This document shows positions 1 to 10,540 of a stretch of DNA of 64,000 nucleotides, piece after piece. Both the position numbers and the translations under genes were made by a program. Numbering within the stretch: position 1 is the first letter of the stretch; every line of letters starts with the position of its first letter. Under the pieces are notes generated by a model that searched no databases, was not told the DNA's origin, and worked only from the letters and a program-made list of their open reading frames with translations. The DNA lies in sequence record DRR378314_1792; one strand, written 5' to 3'.

Positions 1-141
1 CTTTGGGATAACCAGGACATGAACCGGGGTTTTCGGCGCGATATCATGAAAGGCGAGGATATTCTCATCCTCATAGACCGTGTTATTGGGGATTTCCCCT
101 CTGAGGATCTTTGCAAAAATATTTTCGGTATCATATGCCAT
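1..141 (-). CDS. HIT-family nucleotide-binding protein, N-terminal part (runs off window start)
   Basis: Manual translation from ATG at 141: MAYDTENIFAKILRGEIPNNTVYEDENILAFHDIAPKTPVHVLVIPK, a typical HIT/Hint N-terminus; directly downstream of hisE. Not in ORF track. Confidence 0.9.
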   Translation of the reverse strand, partial: MAYDTENIFAKILRGEIPNNTVYEDENILAFHDIAPKTPVHVLVIPK

Positions 142-145
142 GATC

Positions 146-478
146 TTACCCCTTCTCTGTTCTGGAGGCCTTTTCATCCAAGCCGGAAAGACCTTCTCTC
201 TCAGCCAGTTTCTGATAGATCTCGGACGGGTTGATGCCAGCGTCTGCCCACAGCACAAACATATGGTATATCAGATCCGCGCTTTCAGAAATAATTTCAT
301 CCCGATGATCCAAGGCACCCGCCAGAGCAAGCTCTACCCCTTCTTCACCGACCTTTTGCGTTATCTTCTGGCGACCTTTCGCATAAAGACTAGCCGTGTA
401 GGAGCTCTCAGCAGATGCCGATTTGCGCGCTTCAATGGTTTCAAAAAGCCCGTCCAGAATTTCAGTGGAAATTTTCAT
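146..478 (-). CDS. hisE: Phosphoribosyl-ATP pyrophosphatase
   Basis: SYTASL...KVGEEGVE...ESADLIYH motifs; his operon context. Confidence 0.95.
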   Translation of the reverse strand: MKISTEILDGLFETIEARKSASAESSYTASLYAKGRQKITQKVGEEGVELALAGALDHRDEIISESADLIYHMFVLWADAGINPSEIYQKLAEREGLSGLDEKASRTEKG

Positions 479-488
479 TCCGCCTCCG

Positions 489-1247
489 TTATAACCTTAC
501 CGGTATTCCGGTATCTTTCATGGTTTCTTTAGCTTCACGAATTGTATATTCCCCAAAATGGAATATGGACGCAGCAAGAACCGCAGTCGCGTGACCGTCT
601 CGAATTCCTTCAGCCAAATGAGCCAAAGTCCCAACACCCCCAGAGGCGATAACAGGAATAGAGACAGCATCCGCAATGGCACGGGTCAGTTCGATATTGA
701 AACCGGTTCGTGTTCCGTCTCTGTCCATGGATGTCAACAGGATCTCCCCCGCGCCATACTCAGCCATTTTCTGCGCCCACTCAACCGCGTCAATGCCAGT
801 GGGCTCACGGCCACCATGGGTGAAAATTTCAAATTTGTTGGAGCCTGTCTGTTTAGCATCGATGGCAACGACAATACATTGGTTACCAAATTTCTGAGCC
901 GCTTCGCGCACAAATTCCGGATTATGAACCGCCGCCGTATTAATCGATACTTTATCTGCACCTGCCAGCAATAACTTTCGAACATCCTCTACGGTGCGAA
1001 CACCCCCACCCACCGTCAGGGGCATGAAGCATTGCTCTGCGGTGCGGCGGACCACATCATAAATTGTTTCCCGGTTATCGGAGCTGGCCGTAATATCCAG
1101 AAAGCAGAGTTCATCGGCACCTTGCTCATCATAAATCCGAGCCTGTTCAACAGGATCCCCAGCATCAATCAGGTCAACGAAATTCACCCCTTTGACGACG
1201 CGGCCATCCTTCACATCCAAACATGGAATTACTCTTGCTTTAAGCAT
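489..1247 (-). CDS. hisF: Imidazole glycerol phosphate synthase cyclase subunit
   Basis: [39 protein letters not shown] motifs. Confidence 0.98.
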   Translation of the reverse strand: MLKARVIPCLDVKDGRVVKGVNFVDLIDAGDPVEQARIYDEQGADELCFLDITASSDNRETIYDVVRRTAEQCFMPLTVGGGVRTVEDVRKLLLAGADKVSINTAAVHNPEFVREAAQKFGNQCIVVAIDAKQTGSNKFEIFTHGGREPTGIDAVEWAQKMAEYGAGEILLTSMDRDGTRTGFNIELTRAIADAVSIPVIASGGVGTLAHLAEGIRDGHATAVLAASIFHFGEYTIREAKETMKDTGIPVRL

Positions 1248-1974
1248 CTGCCTGTTCCACCAGTTTTAGCGCCGCTGCAGGATCGATACGCCCATCATAA
1301 AGTGCGCGGCCAATAATGACACCTTCTATTCCGCTGTCGCAAACAGCCAAAAGATCCTCGATATCCTTGATAGAGGCGACCCCACCGGATGCAATAACAG
1401 GGATTGAAATTTTTTCGGCTAGGGCCGCGGTCGCCTGGACATTGACCCCCTGCAAAGCACCATCCCGATCAATATCCGTATAGATAATCGCCTCAACACC
1501 GGCATCTTCAAATTTCTGGGCTAGATCCAGCGCCGATGTTTCACTGGTTTCAGCCCAACCTTCAACCGCGACCATGCTGTCGCGCGCATCAATCCCGACC
1601 GCAATATGGCCCGGAAATTCCCGGCAGGCCGCTTTCACAATTTCAGGATCACGAAGCGCTATCGTTCCCAGGATCACACGGCTAATTCCTTTATCGAGCC
1701 ACATCTCGATCGTTTTCAGATCTCTGATACCACCCCCCAGCTGCGATGGCACATTGGTCGCTTTTAAGATTGCTTCGACTGCAGCGGCGTTAACCGGCTT
1801 GCCTTCAAATGCCCCGTTCAGGTCGACCAGATGAATTTTTTTAAACCCAGCGTCCTTAAACGCCCGCGCCTGATCGCCAGGATCCGTATTAAAGACTGTT
1901 GCCGCATCCATTTCACCGCGAAGCAAACGGACACAATTTCCATCTTTCAAATCAATAGCTGGATACAGGTTCAT
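1240..1974 (-). CDS. hisA: ProFAR isomerase
   Basis: [37 protein letters not shown]. Confidence 0.97.
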   Translation of the reverse strand: MNLYPAIDLKDGNCVRLLRGEMDAATVFNTDPGDQARAFKDAGFKKIHLVDLNGAFEGKPVNAAAVEAILKATNVPSQLGGGIRDLKTIEMWLDKGISRVILGTIALRDPEIVKAACREFPGHIAVGIDARDSMVAVEGWAETSETSALDLAQKFEDAGVEAIIYTDIDRDGALQGVNVQATAALAEKISIPVIASGGVASIKDIEDLLAVCDSGIEGVIIGRALYDGRIDPAAALKLVEQADA

Positions 1975-2525
1975 AACTCTACGACCTCCTCAAGGTCTTT
2001 GGTATAGTAATACCCATTGACAAAACGCTCGCCATCCCAGGCGTATTTCTTCTTTTCTGCCCAACGGACAAAGCCACTATTTTCAATGAGCGCGATCGCC
2101 GCTTTCTGAGTTTCGCGCACATCCAGCTCCAGGTTTTTAAATCCATGACGGCGCGCCGACTGCTGCAACACTTCGAGGAGTCCAATCGCCAATCCATGTC
2201 CGCGCGCATATGGCGCGATGAAAAAGGTGGTGATGCTTGCGATATGGGCGCTGGCTTCATTATTGGGAAACGGTTTTACGAGTTGTGCAGATCCGACAAT
2301 CCGACCTTCAAGCCGGGCACAATAAAGCTCTCGTACGGGCATTGTCACCACACCCCGCCAGAAGATCTTCTGTTTGGACCGCTCTGGTGGTGTGAGCCAA
2401 CCGAACCCATTGCCATCGACCACAGCTTCATCGACAGCTGTACAAAGATCATCCAGATCCGCATCTGAAATCTCTTCCATCAACTCAATAACCGGTTGCT
2501 GAATAGGAGGGCGGGTTTCAGTCAT
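1971..2525 (-). CDS. GNAT-family N-acetyltransferase within the his operon
   Basis: Acetyl-CoA motif A ([12 protein letters not shown]), LDVRETQ; 4-bp ATGA overlap with hisA. Confidence 0.85.
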   Translation of the reverse strand: MTETRPPIQQPVIELMEEISDADLDDLCTAVDEAVVDGNGFGWLTPPERSKQKIFWRGVVTMPVRELYCARLEGRIVGSAQLVKPFPNNEASAHIASITTFFIAPYARGHGLAIGLLEVLQQSARRHGFKNLELDVRETQKAAIALIENSGFVRWAEKKKYAWDGERFVNGYYYTKDLEEVVEL

Positions 2526-2534
2526 TTTTGTCTC

Positions 2535-3173
2535 TTACGGCTTCCATTGGAGAAAATTCGAAATGAGCTGCAGTCCAGCTTGCTGACTTTTTTCCGGGTG
2601 AAACTGCGTTCCGATCATATTATCCCGACCGATGATCGCCGTTACCGGACCTCCATAATCAACAGTTGCCAGCGCTTCTTTCGGATCGTCGGTCACAACC
2701 TGATAGCTGTGAACAAAATAAACATGATCCCCGTTTTTCAAACCTTTCAGCAATTCATGATCACTGCCAAGCTGCAACTCGTTCCAACCCATATGCGGAA
2801 TTTTCAAAGTCGGATCCGCAGGCTCCAGCGCCACACCACTTCCCTGGATCCAGTTAAGGCCTTCAGTTTCCCCATATTCCAGACTGCGTGTGGCCATCAG
2901 CTGCATGCCAACACAAATGCCAAAGAAGGGCACTGCCCGATCAATAACCGCTTCTTGCAGCGCGTCTTGCATTCCTGATACGGCGCGCAATCCTGCGCGG
3001 CAGTCCTTAAACGCACCCACACCCGGCAGCACGATACGGTCCGCCTTGGCAACCGTTTCAGGTTCACTCGTTACCTGTACATCCATGTCTAGGCCAGCGC
3101 CCTGAACACATCTTTCAAACGCTTTTGCTGCAGAGCGCAGATTTCCAGAGCCATAATCAATAATCGTAATCAT
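2535..3173 (-). CDS. hisH: Imidazole glycerol phosphate synthase glutaminase subunit
   Basis: IDYGSGNL, LPGVG, GICVGMQ (catalytic Cys), PHMGWN, QFHPEKS. Confidence 0.97.
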   Translation of the reverse strand: MITIIDYGSGNLRSAAKAFERCVQGAGLDMDVQVTSEPETVAKADRIVLPGVGAFKDCRAGLRAVSGMQDALQEAVIDRAVPFFGICVGMQLMATRSLEYGETEGLNWIQGSGVALEPADPTLKIPHMGWNELQLGSDHELLKGLKNGDHVYFVHSYQVVTDDPKEALATVDYGGPVTAIIGRDNMIGTQFHPEKSQQAGLQLISNFLQWKP

Positions 3174-3584
3174 CTACAGTCCCACAGTTGATCCCCTGAC
3201 GGGATCTAATCTTCTTTTCAATTGTTCCAGAACCAGCTCTTCTGCCTGCTCCAGATTGTCCGCCTGAACTGGATATAACTCCTGATAACCAAGTTTTGTC
3301 AGTTTCCGGGCCCGAAACATTTCCGCGTAGGATGCAAAGAAAACTGAAAACATGAGGCTTGTAATCACCCAAAACAGCTCTGGCAATTGCAGAAAAGTTG
3401 GCGTCACTTTGACCAGAATTGAGACCCCAACATAGACAAGTAACGCCCACCACAACCGGTGCCACAGGGCCCAAATCGGAGAGAGAAGAAATGCCCACCA
3501 GTTAAAACCCGACTTCAAGAGAACCAGTCCCTTGTCACCCAGTTCGATTATGTTTCCATTGTAAAAAGCCGAATATATGGCCAT
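3174..3584 (-). CDS. DUF2628-like membrane protein
   Basis: KSGFNWWAFLLSPIWALWHRLW signature, 2-3 TM segments; usual position between hisB and hisH. Confidence 0.8.
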   Translation of the reverse strand: MAIYSAFYNGNIIELGDKGLVLLKSGFNWWAFLLSPIWALWHRLWWALLVYVGVSILVKVTPTFLQLPELFWVITSLMFSVFFASYAEMFRARKLTKLGYQELYPVQADNLEQAEELVLEQLKRRLDPVRGSTVGL

Positions 3585-3601
3585 TGGCGCACCATTCAGC
3601 C

Positions 3602-4207
3602 TTAGAGGCTTCCACCAAGAGTGCCCTTGGTCGAGGGGACTGCTTCCAGCTGGCGCGGATCCAATTCGATGGCATCTCTTAAAGAACGAGCCAGCGCCTT
3701 GAAGCAGCTTTCAATAATATGGTGGTTATTTTCCCCATACAGATTTTCCACATGCAGCGTTATGCCCGCAGATCCGGCAAAGGCCTGAAACCATTCCTTG
3801 AACAATTCCGTATCCATTTCACCCAGCTTATCGCGAGAAAAATCAACTTTCCAAATCAGGTAGGGTCGTTTGGAGATGTCCAGCGCCACCCGTGTCAACG
3901 TCTCGTCCATGGGGATATGATAAGACGCGTACCGGCGAATGCCTTTCATGTCGCCAAGGGCCTGCGAAAAAGCGTCCCCGATGGCAATTCCGGTATCTTC
4001 GGTCGTGTGGTGGAAATCAATATGCAGATCCCCTTTTGCCCGAACCTTCAAATCCATCAGACTATGGCGGGAAAGCTGTTCCAGCATATGATCGAGAAAC
4101 CCAATACCAGTTTCCACATCATATTTTCCAGTCCCGTCCAGGTCGAGCCAAACCTCGATATCTGTTTCTTTGGTTGTCCGGGTTACGCGGCCTTCACGCA
4201 TCTGCAT
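3602..4207 (-). CDS. hisB: Imidazoleglycerol-phosphate dehydratase
   Basis: [34 protein letters not shown]. Confidence 0.97.
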   Translation of the reverse strand: MQMREGRVTRTTKETDIEVWLDLDGTGKYDVETGIGFLDHMLEQLSRHSLMDLKVRAKGDLHIDFHHTTEDTGIAIGDAFSQALGDMKGIRRYASYHIPMDETLTRVALDISKRPYLIWKVDFSRDKLGEMDTELFKEWFQAFAGSAGITLHVENLYGENNHHIIESCFKALARSLRDAIELDPRQLEAVPSTKGTLGGSL

Positions 4208-4246
4208 TCCTTCCAGGATTCTAATGACCTCAATCCAATGTCGTGC

Positions 4247-4275
4247 ATATAGCAGGAGTCACCCAGAAATCCAAG
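4247..4275 (-). promoter_or_regulatory. Probable sigma70 promoter of the his operon
   Basis: CTTGGA-N17-CTATAT on the minus strand, close to the alphaproteobacterial consensus CTTGAC-N17-CTATAT; spacer contains a GANTC site. Confidence 0.65.
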
Positions 4276-4355
4276 AAAAGACGCAATCCAGAGGGCATAA
4301 GTGTCAACAAGTCACGCCTTGCCGCAACGCGTCTTTCCCAAACAGCCACCAGAAT

Positions 4356-4532
4356 TCACTGTGGCTTTAGGCCGGTCAGTTCTTTCTCTGCAAAATCCAT
4401 GGCAAAAGCAAGCCGTTCCGCAAGCTCGGGAAAACCATCCTGTTTGGCATCCACCTGCAGATAAGCGAGAATATCAAAAATCGCTTTGAGGTTATTGATC
4501 TTCTCGTCTTTAGTTGTTGTGGGCTGTGTCAT
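4356..4532 (-). CDS. Small hypothetical protein (58 aa, predicted helical)
   Basis: GGAG RBS before ATG at 4532 (ORF track uses upstream ATG 4553); fills the hisB-hslV gap; amphipathic, protein-like composition. Confidence 0.6.
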   Translation of the reverse strand: MTQPTTTKDEKINNLKAIFDILAYLQVDAKQDGFPELAERLAFAMDFAEKELTGLKPQ

Positions 4533-4627
4533 CAACGTCTCCGCAAATCTCATCAGGTTCAGAAGCTAAAGATCTAACGACCGGGACGAAGAGATGTGAA
4601 AAGAAACGCCTTCATCTGGGTTGTACC

Positions 4628-4656
4628 CTTGACCACGACCAGAAAATGGTTACATC
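4628..4656 (+). promoter_or_regulatory. Candidate RpoH/RpoD promoter of hslVU
   Basis: CTTGAC-N17-TACATC about 45 nt upstream of the hslV start. Confidence 0.4.
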
Positions 4657-4698
4657 GTGAAGCTAAGAATATCTAAAAACCTCTGAAGGCTTGCATAT

Positions 4699-5247
4699 AT
4701 GTCTGAACAACCAAAAAGTTGGCGCGGCACCACCATTCTGTCCATTCGAAAAAATGGCCAAGCCGTTATCGCCGGGGATGGACAGGTGTCCCTGGGTCAA
4801 ACCGTCATCAAGGGTAACGCCAAGAAAGTCCGCAGAATCGGGGCTGGCGGAAATATTATCGTCGGTTTTGCCGGTGCTACGGCCGATGCCTTTACCCTGT
4901 TTGAACGGCTCGAAGGTAAGCTGGAGCAGCATCCAGGGAACCTGACCCGTGCCTGCGTGGAACTTGCAAAGGATTGGCGGACCGACAAGTATTTAAGGCG
5001 CTTGGAAGCCATGATGGCCGTCATTGATAAAGATGTGTCGCTCATCCTGACCGGTAACGGTGATGTGCTGGAGCCAGAAGATGGCATTATCGCAATCGGC
5101 TCCGGCGGGAATTATGCCCTGTCTGCTGCCCGGGCGCTTATCGATATAGATGACCTGACAGCGGAAGAGATTGCCCGAAAAGCCATGGCAATTGCCGCTG
5201 ATATCTGTGTTTATACAAACGAAAACCTGACTGTTGAGAGTATCTAA
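4699..5247 (+). CDS. hslV: ATP-dependent protease peptidase subunit
   Basis: GTTILS (catalytic Thr), [23 protein letters not shown]. Confidence 0.97.
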   Translation: MSEQPKSWRGTTILSIRKNGQAVIAGDGQVSLGQTVIKGNAKKVRRIGAGGNIIVGFAGATADAFTLFERLEGKLEQHPGNLTRACVELAKDWRTDKYLRRLEAMMAVIDKDVSLILTGNGDVLEPEDGIIAIGSGGNYALSAARALIDIDDLTAEEIARKAMAIAADICVYTNENLTVESI

Positions 5248-5249
5248 AA

Positions 5250-6560
5250 ATGGCAAATTTGAGCCCGCGCGAAATCGTTTATGAACTGGACCGACATATT
5301 GTTGGTCAAAAAGATGCCAAACGTTCCGTTGCAATTGCGCTTCGAAATCGCTGGAGACGGCAGCAATTATCAGTCAACATGCGCGACGAAGTTCTGCCAA
5401 AGAACATCCTGATGATCGGACCAACTGGTGTCGGTAAAACCGAGATTTCCCGGCGCCTTGCCAAGCTCGCCAACGCGCCTTTCCTGAAAGTCGAAGCCAC
5501 CAAATTCACAGAGGTTGGCTATGTGGGCCGAGATGTTGAACAAATCATCCGGGACTTGATGGAAATCGCGATCGGCATGGTCCGCGAGCAAAAACGCAAA
5601 GAAGTTACGGCCAAGGCTGAAATCGCTGCGGAGGAACGTGTTTTGGATGCTTTGGTTGGTGAAGGAGCTACAGCAGACACCCGTCAGAAATTTCGAAAAA
5701 TGCTTCGCGAAGGGGAACTGGATGACAAAGAGATAGAGTTGAACGTCATGGATACAGGGTCTGGTAATATGCCAACTTTTGATATTCCAGGGATGCCCGG
5801 CGCCCAAATGGGAATGCTGAACCTCAATGATATCTTAGGGAAAATGGGTCCTCAACGAACCAAGCCCAAAAAGATGAAAGTGACCGACAGCTATCGCGTT
5901 CTCATTGATGAAGAAAGCGACAAACTGCTGGACGAAGACAGTGTGGTTCGCGACGCGATTTCACTTGTTGAAAATCACGCGATCGTTTTTCTCGACGAAA
6001 TCGACAAAATCTGCGCCCGAAGAGACCGTCAGGGTGCCGATGTTAGCCGGGAAGGGGTTCAACGGGATTTGTTGCCACTCATTGAAGGAACGATTGTGTC
6101 CACCAAATATGGTACCATTCACACGGATCATATCCTGTTTATTTCCTCTGGTGCGTTCCACGTGGCCAAACCATCAGACCTGCTTCCGGAACTTCAAGGA
6201 CGCCTGCCAATTCGCGTCGAGCTTTCACCGCTGACCAAAGAAGATTTCAAGCAAATCCTGACCGAGCCAGAAGCCAGTCTGCTGAAACAATATGTGGCAC
6301 TGCTTGCAACGGAAAACGTTAATTTGACATTCACCCCCGATGCCATTGATGAAATCGCCAGTATTTCCGCAGAAGTGAATGCAAGTGTTGAAAATATTGG
6401 TGCCCGGCGGCTGCACACGATTCTTGAAAAAATTCTGGAGGAAATCAGCTTTACAGCCACAGATTCCCCAGATACCGAACTCACTGTCGATGCGGCTTAC
6501 GTGAAAGAGCATCTGGGTGAACTGGTGACAGATACAGATCTTTCCAAGTTCATTTTGTAA
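5250..6560 (+). CDS. hslU: ATP-dependent protease ATPase subunit
   Basis: [12 protein letters not shown] pore motif, FLDEIDK, C-terminal DLSKFIL. Confidence 0.98.
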   Translation: MANLSPREIVYELDRHIVGQKDAKRSVAIALRNRWRRQQLSVNMRDEVLPKNILMIGPTGVGKTEISRRLAKLANAPFLKVEATKFTEVGYVGRDVEQIIRDLMEIAIGMVREQKRKEVTAKAEIAAEERVLDALVGEGATADTRQKFRKMLREGELDDKEIELNVMDTGSGNMPTFDIPGMPGAQMGMLNLNDILGKMGPQRTKPKKMKVTDSYRVLIDEESDKLLDEDSVVRDAISLVENHAIVFLDEIDKICARRDRQGADVSREGVQRDLLPLIEGTIVSTKYGTIHTDHILFISSGAFHVAKPSDLLPELQGRLPIRVELSPLTKEDFKQILTEPEASLLKQYVALLATENVNLTFTPDAIDEIASISAEVNASVENIGARRLHTILEKILEEISFTATDSPDTELTVDAAYVKEHLGELVTDTDLSKFIL

Positions 6561-6644
6561 CGGCTGGCAACGATTTAGGAAAGCTTAAGGAAAAGGGCAT
6601 ATTGTACTTCCTGTATTTCACTTATCAGGAAGTCTACCCTGCCC

Positions 6645-7415
6645 ATGAAAGTTCTGAGCGAAGAAGAAGTCGAAGCCCATTATAAATCCGAAGCCCTGGA
6701 CGAAGCCCGGGACGTGGTTGCCAATCTGGAGGTGAGGCTGCAACAGGTTCGAAGCGGAACCCTCACTGCAGATGAAGCAACCGCGCTGCTGGCGCAGGAT
6801 GCCTCTAACCTCCGAATAAAGGCCAAGGTCATCAATTTGCCGGGCCTGACACCGTTAAGTCATAGACTAGATGAGTATTTAAGTAAGGCATCCAGTCTGG
6901 ACGACCAGCAACTTGCCGATCTTCAACGCTACAGCGATCAGATTAGCGCTATTCTGGATGGCGATGTCCTCCCTCCCGAAAAAGTTGCGGAAGTCATCCG
7001 TCAGCTTCCTCACAAAAGCACATTTGATGTGGCTGAGGTAACTGTATCTGACACAGAAGTAACGCTGATCATGCCGCAACGCACCGCGGCCAAGGTGGTC
7101 GAACGGGAATTGGCAGCGTGCGGATATCGGGTTTCAACCGTGCTTGATTCAATCGATGCCTTTCAGATCGTTCTGGAAAGCAAACCGGATATGGTCATCA
7201 CTGCGGCCGTGATGCCAAGATTATCTGGAATTGACTTTGCCTGCGCCCTGGCGGCAATGCCAACAACCCGGGATATCCCGGTGGCGGTGCTGACAAGTCT
7301 GGAGCCTAATCATCCAGATCTCAGATCATTGCCCCTTAGAACCGGTATTATCCGGCGAGGTCCGCAATTTGGAACTGATCTTGCGGACACTCTACAGCGG
7401 TTCAATATTACCTGA
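6645..7415 (+). CDS. Hpt-like helical domain fused to an atypical receiver domain
   Basis: C-terminal KPDMVITAAVMPRLSG...IPVAVLTS matches a receiver fold lacking the phospho-Asp; N-terminal helical bundle is Hpt-like. Confidence 0.7.
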   Translation: MKVLSEEEVEAHYKSEALDEARDVVANLEVRLQQVRSGTLTADEATALLAQDASNLRIKAKVINLPGLTPLSHRLDEYLSKASSLDDQQLADLQRYSDQISAILDGDVLPPEKVAEVIRQLPHKSTFDVAEVTVSDTEVTLIMPQRTAAKVVERELAACGYRVSTVLDSIDAFQIVLESKPDMVITAAVMPRLSGIDFACALAAMPTTRDIPVAVLTSLEPNHPDLRSLPLRTGIIRRGPQFGTDLADTLQRFNIT

Positions 7416-8171
7416 CTAGCGCCCCTTAAAATTTGGAGGCCGTTTTTCTGCCAATGCAGCGCGGCCTTCAACAAAATCTTCTGATTGCAGGCATTTAATT
7501 TGTGCGTCCCTGGCTGCATCCAGATTAAAAGACTGCGCCGCAATATCATTAAACGTCGCTTTCATACCCCGAATGCTGAGCGGTGCAAGACCTCTAAACG
7601 TGTCAATGAGGGATTGCACACGATCTTCCAACTGATCGGATGGAACCAAGTAATCAAGAAAACCGATCGATTTCAATTCCGACCCATCCATGGTTTCAAC
7701 TGCAAGAAATAATCGCTTTGCAGGCCCAAGACCCAATCGGCTAACGGCGCGTGCCATCCCAACAGGATGGTAGTGGATCCCAATTTTGGCGGGGGGAATA
7801 AAGCATTTCATTTCAGGCGTTCCAACCCGAAAATCACAAGCCAGCGCCAGATCAGTTCCGCCCCCATAAACACCTCCGTTTAGTTTACAGATTACCGGAA
7901 CCGGGAAGTTTTCAATTGCATCTGTCAGACATTCTAGCGGATTTTTTGAAAAATCATAGTCTCCCAGCTCACCGAGGTTGGCACCCGCGCAAAAACTCTT
8001 CCCCTCACCCGTGATGACTGCAACTCTTAATGTTTCATCACGTCCGGCCTCTCGAAAACAGGTTTCCAACTCTGCCATTTCATCTGGATTGAGAACATTA
8101 TGCTGTTTTGGTTTTTGTAAAATGATGCTCAAAACACCATTTTCACTGGTTTTTGTGAAAAACGAACCCAT
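7416..8171 (-). CDS. Enoyl-CoA hydratase/isomerase family protein
   Basis: GKSFCAGANL, GGVYGGGTDLALACDFR, EGRAALAEKRPPNFKG; start 8171 or 8216. Confidence 0.92.
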   Translation of the reverse strand: MGSFFTKTSENGVLSIILQKPKQHNVLNPDEMAELETCFREAGRDETLRVAVITGEGKSFCAGANLGELGDYDFSKNPLECLTDAIENFPVPVICKLNGGVYGGGTDLALACDFRVGTPEMKCFIPPAKIGIHYHPVGMARAVSRLGLGPAKRLFLAVETMDGSELKSIGFLDYLVPSDQLEDRVQSLIDTFRGLAPLSIRGMKATFNDIAAQSFNLDAARDAQIKCLQSEDFVEGRAALAEKRPPNFKGR

Positions 8172-8225
8172 TTTCCCAATCCTTTTTCTTGTGGTTTTCT
8201 TTTCCCTAGCACACATATGAGCTGC

Positions 8226-8254
8226 TTGACAAAAACTGCCTCACTTTCTACCAA
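8226..8254 (+). promoter_or_regulatory. Candidate sigma70 promoter for the methyltransferase-cyclase pair
   Basis: TTGACA-N17-TACCAA upstream of ATG 8290. Confidence 0.5.
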
Positions 8255-8289
8255 GCTTTCAGGCTTTGTGCATAAGGGTTATTGACCTC

Positions 8290-9123
8290 ATGAATTGGCG
8301 ATTATTGCAAATGGGATTAAAAACCCTTCTTAACATTCGAAAGCAGGGATTTTTTATCCCCTATCGATATGCAGATACACTCCCGCCTGCTGAGCAGCGT
8401 CAAACCTATCCAGCGCTTGTTCCGCTTTTCAAACAGCAGGAGCCGGAATTTACCGCCTTTCTGAAAACCATGAGCGGGTATCTGGATCGGTTTCAGGAAT
8501 TCGGATCTGCACCGCCGCCCTTTCCTCGCTGGGAACAGGACTGGTTTCCCCGGTTGGATGGTGCTGCGGCCTACACAATGGTTCGCCACAAAAAACCTGC
8601 CCGGATCATTGAGGTGGGTTCCGGCCATTCAACACGCTTCCTCATGCAGGCCGCAAAAGACGCAGATCTTCAAATTGACTTCACCGCCATAGATCCGGCA
8701 CCGCGGGCAGACATCAGCAAACTGCCTATTACCCTTTACAATGACATCGTCCAGAATATCGAGATTTCCCTCTTCCAAAATCTGCAGGCCGGTGACATTC
8801 TGTTTATCGATAGCAGCCATATCGCCATGCCGGGAACCGATGTGGACTTCCTGTTTCTCAATATCCTGCCCCTGCTACCAGCGGGTGTCCTCATCCATAT
8901 TCACGACATTTGCCTGCCTTATAATTACCCGGAAAGCTGGGAATGGCGTGGTTATAATGAACAGCAAATGGTCGCCCCTTTGTTGGCGGGCGGATACAAG
9001 CTCCTCTTTGCAAGTCACTACGCAGCCCGAAACTTGACAGAATTGCTGACAGAAACAAGTATCGCGTCACTGCCCATTAGTTCCAATGCGAAAGAGACCA
9101 GCATTTGGCTTGAGAAACAATAA
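8290..9123 (+). CDS. Class I SAM-dependent methyltransferase (Methyltransf_24-like)
   Basis: IIEVGSGHST motif I, AIDP, LFIDSSH, GVLIHIHD; likely start ATG 8290. Confidence 0.88.
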   Translation: MNWRLLQMGLKTLLNIRKQGFFIPYRYADTLPPAEQRQTYPALVPLFKQQEPEFTAFLKTMSGYLDRFQEFGSAPPPFPRWEQDWFPRLDGAAAYTMVRHKKPARIIEVGSGHSTRFLMQAAKDADLQIDFTAIDPAPRADISKLPITLYNDIVQNIEISLFQNLQAGDILFIDSSHIAMPGTDVDFLFLNILPLLPAGVLIHIHDICLPYNYPESWEWRGYNEQQMVAPLLAGGYKLLFASHYAARNLTELLTETSIASLPISSNAKETSIWLEKQ

Positions 9124-9182
9124 TTTAGCCGGACCAACAACTTGTGAATGGATGTTTTGTGCCAATCCTGCATATTAGATGA

Positions 9183-10532
9183 ATGAGTAAGCTCAACAGG
9201 TTTAAAATACTGGGAGACAAGACTGCGGGAAAATTGCCCGCACGCGTCTTGAAAACCATTCAGCAACAACAGGATAACTCCGAAATCCTGATCGCTTGCG
9301 TACAGCTTCTGCTCGTTGTGCTTTTTGGCTCACTGTATATTTTCAGCCCAAAAACATTTTCACAAGACGCCATGTTTGCGCCTGTTCCCTTCGCGCTGAT
9401 CGGATATTTGATTTTCTCGCTAATCCGGCTTGTCTGGGCAGTTCACTGGCGGCTTCCGGGTTGGGCACTGGCCTTATCTGTCATTGCCGATATGACGTTA
9501 TTGATGTTTCTGATCTGGAGCTTTCATATTCAATATATCCAGCCACCGGCCTTTTACCTGAAAGCACCAACCCTTTTATACGCCTTTATCTTTATTGCTC
9601 TGCGTGCGCTCCGGTTTGATATGCGCTATGTGCTTCTGGCCGGATTAAGCGCAGCAATCGGATGGTTTTCACTTGTCGCCTATGCGGTCTATCATGGCGA
9701 CGGGATGGCCACGATTACCCGCGACTATGTGCTTTATACCATGTCCCATAAAATCCTGCTGGGCGCAGAATTTGACAAGATTATCAGCATCATAACGGTC
9801 ACAATGATCCTCGCCCTTGTCATTGTCCGCGCCCGGCGTCTGTTAATCAATTCAGTCAGCCAAACCACAGCAGCTGAGGATCTTTCGCGATTTTTCAGCC
9901 CGGAAGTTGCCGCAAAAATCACAAACTCTGAAAACTGGATCGAGCCTGGTACCGGTCAAAACAGAAATGCGGCTATTCTCCACTGCGATCTGGAAGGTTT
10001 TACCCGCCTTTCCATTGAAAAACCCGCTAATGAAGTCATCAGCCTGCTGGCAGAATATCAATCGCGGATGGTTCCGATCATTCAAAAACACGGTGGAACC
10101 ATCGATAAGTTCCTGGGAGATGGTATCCTGGCGACCTTCGGTGCAGTGCTGGAAAACGAAACATATGCCCGCGACTGCCTGGAGGCGATTGAGGAATTAA
10201 AAGAGGAGACAGAAACCTGGCAGGTTGAGCGAGCGGCGCAAGGCTTGCCCGAGCAGCGAATTCGCTTCACGGCGGCTTCAGGCCCGATCCTGTTTGGTGC
10301 TGTTGGTGATAAAAGCCGGCTGGAATATACAGTTATTGGAGAGCCGGTCAATTTAGCGGCCAAACTTGATAAGCATGCCAAGGATGAAAACACCACGATC
10401 CTTGTCACCGAGGATTGCCTGAGCACCGCAAAATCTCAAGGATATGAGCCCCGGTTCACGCCGAATTCCCGCCCGGACCGGCATGTCGGTGGGGTCACGG
10501 GCCTTGTAAATCTGGTAACCTTCGAAGCCTGA
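9183..10532 (+). CDS. Membrane-bound class III adenylate cyclase
   Basis: ~6 N-terminal TM helices; AILHCDLEGFT, IDKFLGDG, RLEYTVIGEPVNLAAKL catalytic motifs. Confidence 0.92.
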   Translation: MSKLNRFKILGDKTAGKLPARVLKTIQQQQDNSEILIACVQLLLVVLFGSLYIFSPKTFSQDAMFAPVPFALIGYLIFSLIRLVWAVHWRLPGWALALSVIADMTLLMFLIWSFHIQYIQPPAFYLKAPTLLYAFIFIALRALRFDMRYVLLAGLSAAIGWFSLVAYAVYHGDGMATITRDYVLYTMSHKILLGAEFDKIISIITVTMILALVIVRARRLLINSVSQTTAAEDLSRFFSPEVAAKITNSENWIEPGTGQNRNAAILHCDLEGFTRLSIEKPANEVISLLAEYQSRMVPIIQKHGGTIDKFLGDGILATFGAVLENETYARDCLEAIEELKEETETWQVERAAQGLPEQRIRFTAASGPILFGAVGDKSRLEYTVIGEPVNLAAKLDKHAKDENTTILVTEDCLSTAKSQGYEPRFTPNSRPDRHVGGVTGLVNLVTFEA

Positions 10533-10540
10533 ACGCGGTC

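Noticed and set aside
4208-4355. Possible his attenuator or leader peptide
   Set aside because: No His-codon run or terminator; the promoter lies only about 40 nt from hisB.
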